Part shown: in pieces, positions 41,805 through 56,000 of the stretch
Layout: each line of letters starts with the position of its first letter
Position numbering within the stretch: the first letter of the stretch is position 1
Source of the DNA: Chrysomallon squamiferum
Lineage: Eukaryota; Animalia; Mollusca
DNA: 64,000 nt
Assembly (NCBI GenBank): GCA_012295275.1
Contig: CM022670.1
Coordinates: forward strand, 30,690,001 to 30,754,000
Direction of reading: 5' to 3'
Made by a program: the position numbers and the translations under genes
The notes under the pieces: model-generated
Database searches by the model: none
What the model was told of the DNA's origin: nothing
What the model saw: only the letters and a program-made list of their open reading frames with translations

Positions 41805-44800
41805 TATTAAATTGTAAATGAGTATCAACGAAACATTATTTTTCTAACAGTTTTTCTACTTACTTTTTTCAATTTGTATTTCTTTTTTTTTCTTTTTATG
41901 TGTGTATTTATGTACCTGTCTGTGTGTGTATGTATGTATGTATCTATGTGTTTCTCTGTATATGTGTCTGTATTGTTTATTTTTCCCTATTTTACGAGCT
42001 GTAAGACAACTCGAAACAGGTTAAACTTGTTGCAGGTGAGAAAATAAATAAATAATTTAGCTTAAAAAAATATGTCCTTTATTCGTTTTCAGAAGTAAAC
42101 AAGGACTAGAAATTTACATATGGGTAATATTATAGCAATAACAGAAAGATATTATCTATTTAATATTTATGAAACAGTGAATGAAATGCCTGAATACTAC
42201 TATATAAATTTTTGTTTTAATTTATGTTTGTAGCTATGTATAATACATATAATATGTAATACAATGTTTTAATATTATAATCGACGTCGTCATCATCATC
42301 ATCGTTTTCGTTATCGTCAGAAATGAAATACAGTTATTATCATTTTGTTGTTATTTTGCTATTTTTGATAGTGGCACAATGGTGATTATGGCCTGTGTAA
42401 ATGTTGTGGTGTTTCTGTTGTTTTTATCGTTGTTTGTTTGGTTTGGTGGGTGTTTTTTCGGGGGGGGGGGTTCTGTTGGTGTTGTTTTTTCCCCTAATCT
42501 CTCTTTGTTGGATTTTTCTGTTTTTGTATCTCTGATAATCACAGATGTCAGTGATATGTTTTCTATTTTCAGCTTGCCGGTACCGGAGATATCAAAGAGT
42601 TTGAAAGATTATACAATGCGGATCCCTCTATGTTGTATCTTCGTAATGGAAACGGATATGCGCCGGTACACGTGGCTGCAGTTAAGGGACAAATTAATAT
42701 ATTGGAATTTATCGCAATGCATGGTGGAGGTAAAAATAAATAAATAAATAAACACACACACACACACACACACACACTGAAACAAATAAAAAAATAACGA
42801 TCAAAGGTAAACATTTGTTAAGGACTTTTTGATTTTCCGTTCAACTCTTTTTATAACAGTAAAAATGTAATGGTATCTGACTGATTGTATGTAGTAGTAG
42901 AATAATAATAATAGTAGTAGTAATAGTAATAGTAGTAGTTGTAGTAGTAGTAGTACTAGTAGTAGTAGTAGTAATAGTAGTAGTAGCAGTATTAGTGGTA
43001 ACTGTAGTAAATGCAGCAGCAGCAGCAGTAATACTAATAGCAGCAGACGTTGTGTAGGTGAATGTAATAATAATTATATAAATAAAAGAAAATGAAAGTA
43101 TCCATTTCTACAAAACTATGAAATATTGATGCATCTTAATCACAAAAATCTTTCACTCATAGCAAACAAATAAATCTTATCTCCAGCTTTTAAGATCTTT
43201 TTTATTTTTGTTCTTACTTTTTTTTCCAGAACAATTTTGTTAAACTAATTTTCTGTTATATTCATTACTGTGTTTCAGACTTTGACATTCAAAACAAACA
43301 AGGTAATACCGCATTGCACCTCGCCGTAGACGTAGGTCAGATCAACGTAGTTAACTTTCTCATCGATCACGGGGCTGCTACAGACATCCATAACAATGAA
43401 AAAACCGCACCAATCCACGTTGCAGTGTTAACAGGCAACACGAATTCTTTAAAGGTACGTACTATTTAGCCCCCAAAAAGAATGAAAATAATATGGCAAG
43501 TTTAATATTGAAGATAAACTTCTAAACCACACGCTTTTTACCTCTATCTTTCCCATAATCATATAGAAGATTTAAAAAAAACAAAGTTGCTGTCTTAATG
43601 TTATCATGATGTCTATGTGCAGAGATACATGTGTATCTGTACAATGTTTGCTGCATTCGTTGTGTTGAACTCTGCTATTTATGAGAATAATTTGTACCTT
43701 ACTTCCATCATGGAAACAGTTAGCTATGTCTTTCGTAGGCAGAACCTTTGGCTTTTGCTGAAGAAAGAAGTAAAATTTGATTTTGTTTTCCAGGCATTGC
43801 TTCAGCATGATCAGGTAGATGTAAATTTACCAGGTGAAAGTGGTTTCACTCCTCTTCACTACTGTGCGCTCTCAGACAACGCACATTGCGCGGAGCTTCT
43901 AGTGAGTAACATAACTAACTGTCTAATATCATTTAATTATATATAAATTTGAATAGAACTGTCCTAGTAATTCAGTTGTTATAAAAGTAATTAAGAATTT
44001 GTATATAAATTTCAAAATTATTTTAAATTTGTTTGAAATTCATATACTGAAAAGAAAAGTGAAGACAGCTGTGATGATGATCACGATGACGATAATAATA
44101 ATAATAACAACAACAATAATTAATTAATTAATTAATTTAACAGTTAATAGAGTTCTATGCTAAGACAGCATTCATACTATATTATTATTACTATGGCTAT
44201 ACTCATACTTTCAAGACATTTGTTTTGAGAATGAAAAGAGTTTCTGTTAAAATTATATTACAGTACCTAAATGATTAATTGCAATCTGGTACCAAAAACT
44301 GAACTGTTTATATCGTTCTGAAGAAAACCGGAAACATAATTTGTCTTCCGAAGAATAGCAGTGCTATGTGAAGAAACAGGAAAAAGCGTTTAATTTCTGA
44401 AGGGACATCACTAATTTATTTTATTTTTTTATTTTTCTATTAAAAAAAAAAAATTTCCGATTCTTTTTACAACATAACTATAATAAAAATTAATTTGATC
44501 CAAAACATATCCTCGTAATGAAGGCAGCCTCCATTCTCTGAAATCCTGTAACTGTACTTATGGTATCTCTCTGAAACTTTTACTGAAGGATCATTAAATG
44601 CTTTTTATTTAAAATGTACTATTTCCTTACACTCAAAGTAAATCAGTTTAGATAATTACATATAGTGTAATACAAATTTGTAGGTCACAGTTTTGTCAAC
44701 GGACTTTCAGGGCAATCTTTTATTCGCTGTCATCTATTTTTTTCTATTAGCGATTTGTTTGGATACATTGTCTGAAGTTCTGATTTACCATATGGCTTCC

Positions 44801-46288
44801 AATATTTAATTCTGATGTTATCACAAGAACTGAATCAGGCCTATTGCGACGTTGATAACACGTTTGCAAAAGACCTTGTACTGCGTCTAAAGCATTTAAT
44901 CACATGGTTCATCTCGTATATTTGTACACAAACACCCCATTTGAGGTTCAGTTTTATACACAATTAAAACATAAAGGTAATTAAATAAGGAACTGATGAC
45001 TTTATGGATTAACTTCGTTTTCTGTTTTACAGTTGGAGTATGGCGCCAAACCGTGTATGAAGTGTGATTTTGGTTTCTATGCCATCCACGCAGCGGCCAA
45101 GTCAGCATCATCTAAAACACTGGAAGTCTTGGTCAAACACTGTATGTATAATTACAGAGCCCTGATGTTGTTCTTTGTTTGTTGTTATTGTTGTTTTATT
45201 ATTAATATTTTCATCCTAAGCCACAACTAAACAGAAACTTTGTAAAAATTTATTATTTTAAATATTTTTATATAGTTTATCTGGCACTGTCTTTTTCAAT
45301 TATAGATTTTTTTAAAATATTTTTTATAACTTGTTATTATCATTCTAAATTATTTTAAATGAAATAAGATTAAAAAAAAATGTAATTCTTATTCTTAACT
45401 TACTCGTATTTATGTAATTAATGAAAAAATTTAAAAAAAGAAAATAAAACAAAAACAACACAGCATTTATATCATTTTTCTCTTTGACTGTTACGATGTA
45501 ACTTTAAGAGATTAATATACTATTTTATTACAAATCATGTGCAATGTTTTTAGCATTTATTAAAACATATCGTACTTTAACATTTGTTTTGGCTACTAAA
45601 ACACGGAACTAACTCGCTTGTCCTTTTAACCAGTATTTTATCAACAACAATTTTATCATTTCTGTCGGAGAAAAACTTTGTAGATTTAAACAAATTTTTA
45701 TATATTTTTCGTATTTTTTTATTTAATTTTTTTATTTTTTGACTTTCCTTTTGCAAACACTCAATGGAGTACAAACTAGAATTGTATATTTTCTTTTTAA
45801 ACTTTTTTTTATCATTTTGTAATAAGAAGTCACTGCGTACACAATGTAATGATATAACATCAAACAAGTTACCATTTTCAACCTGTCCAGAACAAACTGG
45901 TGTATAAAACATGTGTTTCTAGCGTCAATTCTATCGCTATTATTGTAAATGTAATTACACTGTAGCAACGACTGAAAAAAGAAATGTTTTTTCTCCCTTT
46001 GAGACTGACGTGCATCATCCGTCGTCATTTGGTAATGACACAGAGATTAATTCTAAGGGATGCCACTCGGTACATTTATGTTTAACTTGACCTAGACTGT
46101 ACAATGTAGATGACCCGCTAGAAAATGTCAAACGGAAGCGTATTCCACTTAAAATAAAACTATTGCGTGTTTCGCCAACTAACTCTTTGCTTTCGTTTTC
46201 AGTAAACACAAAGTGACGATACATATAAGTCTCTTGTTTCACCTTTAATGGTGAAATCATGCATCTTTAACTTAATATTTTCCTCAGG

Positions 46289-46347
<59 letters not shown>

Positions 46348-47644
46348 CATACCTACATAATTTAATATTATACATATACACACACAGACAAATACAAACA
46401 CACAGATAGATAGATATTCATAAAGGCAGACATAAAGGCAGACAGGCAGACAGATATGCATATATACGCAAAACAGAGTGTATCTAGAAATACAGTTGCT
46501 ATGAAGGTAGAAAGAAAATGGAATTGATGATATAAATGATTGAGAACAAATTAATATAAAACAAGAAAGTCTTATAATATTTTATTTCTTCCGAAATAAA
46601 ATTAGAAAAACATTGCTCAGTGACATTTTATATCTTTGTAAAACTAGCTCTCATTTTAATATCGTAATCAGAAATTTAGACATCCGTAATTCCTGAACAT
46701 TAAGGTCACTACTCAAACCTTAATTTCCAGCATAATGGCTCAGAAAATGTTAATATTTGTAGATTAATAGCTAATCCAGTTGTAACCTTCTGCTAAAAAA
46801 AAAATAATAATAAAAATAAATGAAAATTATATTGTACATTAGAGCCCATTAGAAGGGATTCAAATAAGATCAACGTTAGTAATGTTTGTAATGTAAACTT
46901 TGAAAATAAATAAAATAAATTTATAATGTCATGTTAGTTTGAACATTTGTTTTTAGCACTGATATTACAATGAAATTATGTATTATTACGTGACTGTGTT
47001 TTATTTACACATTTAAAATATATTTGAATAAGTTCCTGTGACCTCTGATATATTTCACAGGGATACAGCCAGGGAAAAAACAAAACTTAGGCACCCTATA
47101 CAACTGTACATATAAACTTCACCTATGGAATACATAGGAATGTACGACACAAATATATACATACATACATACATACATATATACATACATACATACATAC
47201 ATATATATATATATACCTATATTCATACATACATTCATATATACATATATTCATATACATACATACATATATAATACATGCAAACGTATATAAATACACT
47301 CATGCTCAAAAATACACCAGTATGCATATATTCGCACATTCAGACAAAATATACACACATAACCCATTCTTATTTACAAGGAAAAACTGAACTACCCAGA
47401 TACAGATTAAATAAGAATTGTACATTGTTGTTGAACAGCTGAAACTCTTGGTTATTCTCGTGTCGAAATACTCTCATGGCGAGACATGGAGAACAACATT
47501 GCTCTTCATTCAGCAGTCAATGGTGGAAACATCAAGGCTGTACAGATCTGTCTCGAGGCTGGAGCCCCTGTCAACGCCCTCCAGGTAAATATAAAATGTT
47601 TACCGGATATATCTGACATGCAAGCAGTTTTATATGTGTGCGTG

Positions 47645-47685
<41 letters not shown>

Positions 47686-49926
47686 GCGTGCATATAGAGA
47701 TTGATGGAAAATTTTATTAAAATTCTTGCTGTTTGAAATGTTTGTGTATGTATAGATATCAAGAAACCAAAGTGGACAAACACGTGTTTAATATGGAGAG
47801 AAAAGTACTTTATCTTAATAAAAAATCACGATATGTAAAAGTATCTCAGACAACTTAACCAGTGTGTCAGCTTGTGATAGACTCTAAAATGAACATGTTT
47901 ATATATTACATGATAAGATTTATTGTTTATATATAATTTTTATATATTACGATTCTGATTTTCAGGATGACAGATCAACGCCAGTGCATTTCGCGTGTCT
48001 TCAAGGAAACCTTGAAATGCTCCAAATGATGTACGAGGCACAACCTGAGAATTTCGAAAAAGCTCTGCATATCGCAGATAGCTGTGATATGACTCCTCTT
48101 CATCGAGCTGCTCTGTTTAATCATGTTGCTGTTGTCAAGTACTTGCTAGAGAAAGTAAGCTGCTAGACGTAGCGAACTAACAGAACGTGAAAAACAACTC
48201 CTGCATTTATTTAATTAGTAAGAAACAAAAAATATTTCAATGTCCGTTCAAATTCCTTTATTATGTCTGTTTCTGATCTGCGCTGCATCATTATAGTGGC
48301 CAAGTATTAATTATTATTTTTAGATATGCTGCTTGATGTAGAATGTTTTAAAGTAATTCTGGTATTTTTAGGGTGCTGACGTTAACGCCAAAGATTGTCA
48401 GGGTAGGACACCGTTGTTGCTGTCGGCTTCAAAGGGTGGGTGGCCGACAGTAAAATGCTTGTTAGAAAACAAGGCAGATTTGTGTGTGAAAGATGAACAT
48501 AACAGAAATTTTCTTCACATTTCTATCAAGTTTGGTGGAAAACTTAGTTACTTTGCAGATTTTGAAGATGTAAGTAGATGAGTCTTCATTTATTTTAACT
48601 ATTAAATGGATATAAAGTGATATAGCAGTATTCTAGATGAGTGAAGAATAATTTTCATTAAGAAGAAAAATAAGTTAAGAAACACAGAATTACCTTTTTC
48701 TGATAATAATATTTTGATTGTGTGTTAGAGATTGTGAAAAAAATTATTGTTGTCTGATAATATGATGTTATTATGTATTCCAGCTGTTGAAGAAAATTAT
48801 TATTTTCTGATAATTGTAATTTAATTATGTGTTCTAATAAATAAAGAAAATTACTGTTTTCTGATTATTATTTTGATTAGGTATTAAATTAATAAATAAA
48901 TACGTAAATGAAGAAAATCACTATTTTTGGATAATGTCACTGAATATGTATTTCGGCACAGGAAGAAATATAGAATGAGTGTCTTCTGATAATTACTTTT
49001 ATGATTTGTTTCAGCTTGTGAAAAAACATATGAACGAGAAAGATGATTATGGGTGTACCCCTCTGCATTATGCATGTAAAGAAGGACATCTGAAAGCTGT
49101 TGAGGATCTGTTGAACATTGGAGCTATCGTGAACGTTAAAAACAATGAAAAACAGAGTCCTTTTCACTTAGCAGCCAAGTATGTTGAAGTTAACGTGTTA
49201 AACCTAAACCTCAAACTAACCACAGATATAAACGTTAACATATGCTGTTGATAGTTATGACAATAGAGATACATGTACTCTATGAAGATATTACTTAATA
49301 TTTGCTCTGATTTTTAATATTAAAATGTACGTTTATATATTTATTTCAAGCTGTTTCGTTTTATAGACTAAATTTGAAATACAGTGTCAGAGTTTTGCTA
49401 TCACTTCTTATTTGCTTTGCTTAAACATTTTTCAACCATATATATCTTTAAACATATTATACAGTGAATATTTGTTTAACAAAACCTAGCGCCAGAAATA
49501 TACTTATCAATAAAACATAAAAATTACTATTTTTCTCCTAATAACCAAACTTAAATAAAATAAAACAAAATCAAATAATAATAAGAAGAAAGAGGTGATG
49601 ATGATGATGATGATGATGACAATAAAGAAAAAAGAAGAAGAATGCAGACAAGTCTTACTAATTAGCAGTTTAATTTTATCTATGTCCATTTGGAGGTGAT
49701 TTTTGTGGGTTTTCTCAGACTGGTTGCTGTATACCAATGTGTTTTGTTCCAGATATGGACGATTCAATACATGCAAACGTCTTCTAGAAACAGAACAAGG
49801 TCCAAATATTATCAATGAAACTGATGCCAAGGGAAGATCAGCTCTTCACATCGCGTCCATGAATGGTAACACGAAGATCATCAGCCTCCTTATGAAGAAA
49901 GGCGCAGTGTTTGCCAAGTACGTTTT

Positions 49927-49957
<31 letters not shown>

Positions 49958-50332
49958 GTATAATTTACATTATAAATGGCCAAATAATAAATTATTTGTT
50001 TAACGACACCTTTGCATATTCTAATATTAACAGTTATTAGGCGCATGTTATTAACAGCAAGTTTTATATATATATATATAATTCCCATATCGCTACTATG
50101 AGAAATCAATGTTGCAACTGAAAGTAGCCCATTGCTTACGCGCAAAAGAATTAAACCTGCGTCTTATCGTATAACAGTCCAGTATACTATTCACTAAAAT
50201 ACAATCTGCAATATGTAAGTTACATAAGTGTCTCGTTATCCAAACCGTTATTTGAGTATTAACGTTAACATGGCATTAAGTAATTGTTATCATAAGCTCG
50301 TAATATAATATAATAATAATAATAATAATAAT

Positions 50333-50369
<37 letters not shown>

Positions 50370-50640
50370 TTCACGTAACTGAAGTATTTACGATATGATG
50401 AATATATGTTAGCAATATTAGATTCTCGCAAAAAAAATCGAATCGATTATCTCCCTTCTATGAGTTGAAATAAATCTAAAACTAGAGAATCATTTATTAC
50501 AGACTTAATAGGTGCTAAATATTTTAAATGATGTTATATAAAAAATATATAAGCAGTGGCAACAACAACAATAGTTAGAACATAAACAACTGGATTAACA
50601 ACAGTAGTAGTAGTTGTAGTAGTAGTAGTAGTAGTAGTAA

Positions 50641-50675
<35 letters not shown>

Positions 50676-51044
50676 ATAGTAGTAGTAGTAATAAAAATAA
50701 CAAGAATAAGAATAAGAATAACTGCCGACCATCAGGAAAAGAAGCAGTCATATATTGTTTTCATATACTATTTTCTTTTCACTATATCAGTTAATAACAC
50801 CTACTTCGTGGGACTAGAAGACTTGGGTGCAATATTAGTATTAATATTATTATAATCTACTTATAGCATTATTATTATTATTATTATTATTATGATTACT
50901 GATGCTGTCGTTGTTGTTAATCTTGAAAATAATACCTACCCCTTCGTTAGAGATAACACTTTATATGAGATTCTGGATCCGTCCCTGCATGTCATTACAA
51001 ACGTCTATTTTATATGAAAAATAAATAAAATCCGATATGCATCT

Positions 51045-51099
<55 letters not shown>

Positions 51100-51260
51100 T
51101 GCATATTCTAACTATAGATTCCTGAAAAATCATCAACAGTTATAACAATATATTAACAGCGGAATTACGGTGCAACATCATAAAGTCTTACCATGGCGTA
51201 TTTATAAAATTTGGTTGTGAATATTCACTTATTACAGGGAATATTTTATTATTTAGAAAT

Positions 51261-51354
<94 letters not shown>

Positions 51355-52968
51355 GGTTTTCTTTATGTGTTTAGATTTCTTTTTACAAATAATTGTTTTG
51401 TTCTTTGTTTTCGTATTTTGTTGTTATTACATATTTTGGTTTAATAATTGTTGCTCATTTGACTTTTCTTATATATTATGTTACGTTATTTATTAAAAAA
51501 TGATTGTTTTGTAGGAATTTTTTTTTTGTCTGTTTTCAGATCGTGGCACAGATATTATAACTAGGAAACGATTTCTGTTTAATGTGGAAAAGAGCCTTAA
51601 AAAACATAAATGTAAAACAATTTTTAAAAACTGTGTTATAATTTCGTTTTTCAGAGATTACGAGAGTAACAGCGCTCTGCATTACGCTGCGATGAACGGA
51701 TATACTCAGAGCATACGTCTTTTAGTGAGCGTCCATTCCAATTTACTCAATTCTGCTAATGTGAAGGGTGTAAGTTTTTGTCTTATTCTTAGTTTCAGAG
51801 GATGAATGTCTCTACGTATGTATGTATGCATTTGTGTATGTATATATGTGTGTGTATATATGCATGTACGTAACTATCTGTGTTTGTATGTATGTATGTA
51901 TGTATGTATGTGTATGTGTTTGTATATTTGTACGTACGCATACATGTTTTGTGTATGTGTATGTACATGTTTGCATTCACCTATTTTTCGAATATTTTTT
52001 GTATATCATGAAATATATATTAATATTTATTAACATATGTTTCCAAACATTGAAATATCACTCTGTTGCAGAAACTATCAAAACATTTTTATTTGTATTA
52101 TTTTTGGCATTCTGTGATAAACCCGAGCATGCTGTATATTTTGTAAGATAACCTTTCTACCTGGGATTAAGGGATATATTATATTGCTCATACCGCCCAC
52201 AGCTTTGCAGAAAAAAACCGGGCGAAGTGAGAGGTGCAAGTCAAGTTAAAATGATAACGCCTGCTTTAGACATTGCACCATATAGCACGTCCAATTATTA
52301 TCACCTTTAAGATGACGTGTTTACTATCAGTTTGTGCTTAATGTTTTCAAGCAGGCTGAAAAGAAGAGCGCTACAGTTTGATGTGTGTACACAATTTACA
52401 CTTTGTTTTATTTATTTATTGCACTCTGTGTATGAAAAATGACTATTTTTTTCTTCAATTTTAATAGTTTTGTTGTTTGTTTTATGTTTGTAAATTTATA
52501 GGAAACTCAGATATATTCAGAAAACAACAGCAAAAGCAAAACCTGTTATCACTAACAGTTAGTGTTTACCGTTAAAGCGGCTTTTCATTATATAAACAAA
52601 TTATATTTTAGTGTTCCTAAGTTTATATATTTGTTTGACTTATAATGCACTAATAATTTTAAGCAAACTGGATGAATATTTAAATATATTTTTCACAATA
52701 TTAAAGAAATTAAGATGAATAATTTTAAAAACAATTTGAATTGTAAGTGTATTTAGTTTTCCAACTTTATTAAAAATTTTAAAAGGTTTTTAATACATTT
52801 ACAACATGAAAAATACTTTGATATTCATATGTTTTGCAAAGAAAAAACACATAAAAATACATACATTATTTAATGTCCTTGCACTGCTAATAGTATGTGT
52901 AACAGTTGTTATAGCTTCAATACAGATAACTTCTATAATAATAGTTTCTGATGCCACCCCTCGTCTTC

Positions 52969-53035
<67 letters not shown>

Positions 53036-56000
53036 CAGGAAACAGCTCTTCACGCTGCAGCTAAAAACGGACAAACCAATGCTGTTACGTTGTTGCTGAC
53101 TCTTGGTGCGGTGATTACTAAGAACAACGACAACAGATCTTTTTTCGACTACATTTTAGAAAACCAGCAAACTGAGGTTGCTCTGGCTGTCGTTGATCAC
53201 GACAGGTAAATCGTGCTCATTATATAGTATTTACATCTAATATGATCTAGAATCTCACAAAAAGTCATATTATACGTAACGATGATGATTATGATGATGA
53301 TGACAATAATAATATATATATACACACAACAAATGGAATATTATATACACAAACACAAAGGAGAAAAATCTTGTAAAATAAAAATCACAAGGCAAAGCAC
53401 ACTATGAAAATTTACTATAAAATATGTTTCTTACTTATTGCAACTGAAAATTATTATTGATAGCCTTTTGCAAAATTTCGATACAGCCTTATCCATCCTG
53501 ATGCCATAAGACTCGTTTTAACATGACTACAAAGTGCTATAATTGTTTTTAGTATTATTATTTTTATTTTGTTTTCACAGATGGGAAGATGTTATGAACA
53601 CGTGTTCCGGGCCCTTTGGTTGTCCAATGTTAGGTCTTATTAAGCAGCTACCTGAAGTATGCATGGTAAGGTAAAATAAAAATCTGTTTTTGCTTTTGTT
53701 ATATCTTAATAATATAATAATTATGAAATAATTCCTTTATATTCGATATATCAGAAACTTTATCTATATTTATATTTATTTATTTTTCATCATTTCGAGA
53801 TTTTAGAAGTGCCTAAAGACGGATAAGGAATATTTTTTATTTGAAATTTAAAACCATTGCTCGGAGAGAATGTGATATGTATGCTGTTTGACCTTGCATT
53901 GTGCTTTCTTTATGGACTGTTTATTTAAAATAACTGATACTGGTTACCGCAATATAAATGGTTTTTTCTGCTGTTAAAAACAGGCTGTCCTCGACCGATG
54001 TCAACAGCAGTCAGTTCATGACACGAAAAGTAAAGATTATTACGTAAGTAGTGATTATAATAGAGTTATAGTTTCTTGTATACATATTCAGCCTTAGATA
54101 TAAAGAACCAAACAATAATATAATATAATATAATATAATATAATATAATATAATATAATATAATATAATATATAAAGAATATAATATAATATAACAAAAT
54201 AAATAAATAACACAAAAATATAATTATCACCATAAACTTTATTTTTCAAAAAGTTCAAGATCAAGCAGTCAATGTAGTTGTAAATACAATGTCTAATCCT
54301 AATACTTCTAACTGTACTTATATATAAGAAATAATATGAAAAAGTTAATTTATTTTGCAATATGACAAGTAATTATCACTAAATGATTACTCCTGACATC
54401 TCTTAAATGTTTTTTCCAGGTAGAATACAATTACAAATTCTTACAGTGTCCCATGGAATACGTTACAGAGTTGAAAAAGAAAGGAGAGCCATACACTCCC
54501 ATGCTACTGCTCAATGTAATTATTTACAAAATTTATTTCATGACTTGGTTTCATTAGATGACAGTCAAATATTGCCACATGGTTGCTTCATCAAAATAGG
54601 GACTGACGTTTTTAATAAAACAATTGACGTATATAATATGATGCGCATAAACTGTTGTTCATTTTTATGTACCTGGATTTAAAAAGTTGTATATTACTAT
54701 GTTTGTTTTTTGTTGTCTTTGTGTTGTTGTTTTTACTTATGTTTTGATTTTTATAATCTATGATGCTTCCAAACATGAGTGATACACTATTTATTTTTAT
54801 TTATTCTTTCTTTATGGAATTATCAGACGATCATATTCTAATTGAAGACAAAATAATTATATATTTCAGATACTGACTATTATACATGTACTTTTTTATT
54901 TCTCAGGTGATGGTGAAGAATGGACGTGTTGAATGTTTATCACATCCTCTCTGTGTTAGTTTTCTCAATGCAAAGTGGCAAGTATTTTTGTCATTCAAAT
55001 TTATAACATCAAGAACACGATTTTCAGTACGTCTTAATAAGGTATATAAAACAAACATTTACTGATTATCTATTTTAATGATATGTCTAAATGTTTTACT
55101 ACAGAGGGAAATATATGCAGGAGACATAACTTCTGCAGCTAATGTCTTAAATTAATGATTATGTCAAGCATGGTGTAATCATGAAATGGCTGGGAATGTA
55201 AAAATTAAATTATATAAAAAGCCTTAAACTATGAAAAATTATATTCCTGAATATTTGAAGATAAATAAATAAGTAAGTAAATAAGTAAGTAAATAAAATA
55301 AATAAATAAAATGTAATGTAAAGAAATAGTGTAATGTAGTATAGTATGGTATAATATGATGAAAGTGATATAATGAAATGCGATATGATGTAATACAATG
55401 TAATGATGTGTAATGAAATGCAATGTAATTTAATGTGATGTGATGTAATGTAATGCAATTATTTCTAACGTAATCTAATCTAACGCAGTTTTATGTAATG
55501 AAATGTAACACTTTAATGTAATGTAATTTGGTATGATGTGAAATAACATAATGCGATGAGATGTAATGTAATTAAAGGTAAAGCTATGAAAAGGTGATAT
55601 AAAATAAAATAAAATAAAAATAAATAATAGCTTATCTAATTAACTACCTTTAATTATGTATATTGCAGGAATGACTATGGGAAATATTTCTGTACTCTGT
55701 ATCTGTTCATATACATGGCATATCTTGGTTTGCTCACAGCATTCGTAGTTAATCAGAATTCACTCCTTCATTATGACTGGTGGTCAGTAGGTAATAACAC
55801 CGAGGAAATGCTAGGAGGAAACTGTTATAAAGGATATAAGGTTTGTTTTAGGATTGTATAAACTGTTATAAAGGATATAAGCTGTGTTTTAGGATTGTAT
55901 ACTAATCAGATTTAATACAGAGCGTATTTTAAAATTTATAAAATACAATGGTACCTTGACTTACAACTTTAATTCGTTCCGTGGCCGAGCTCGTAACTCA

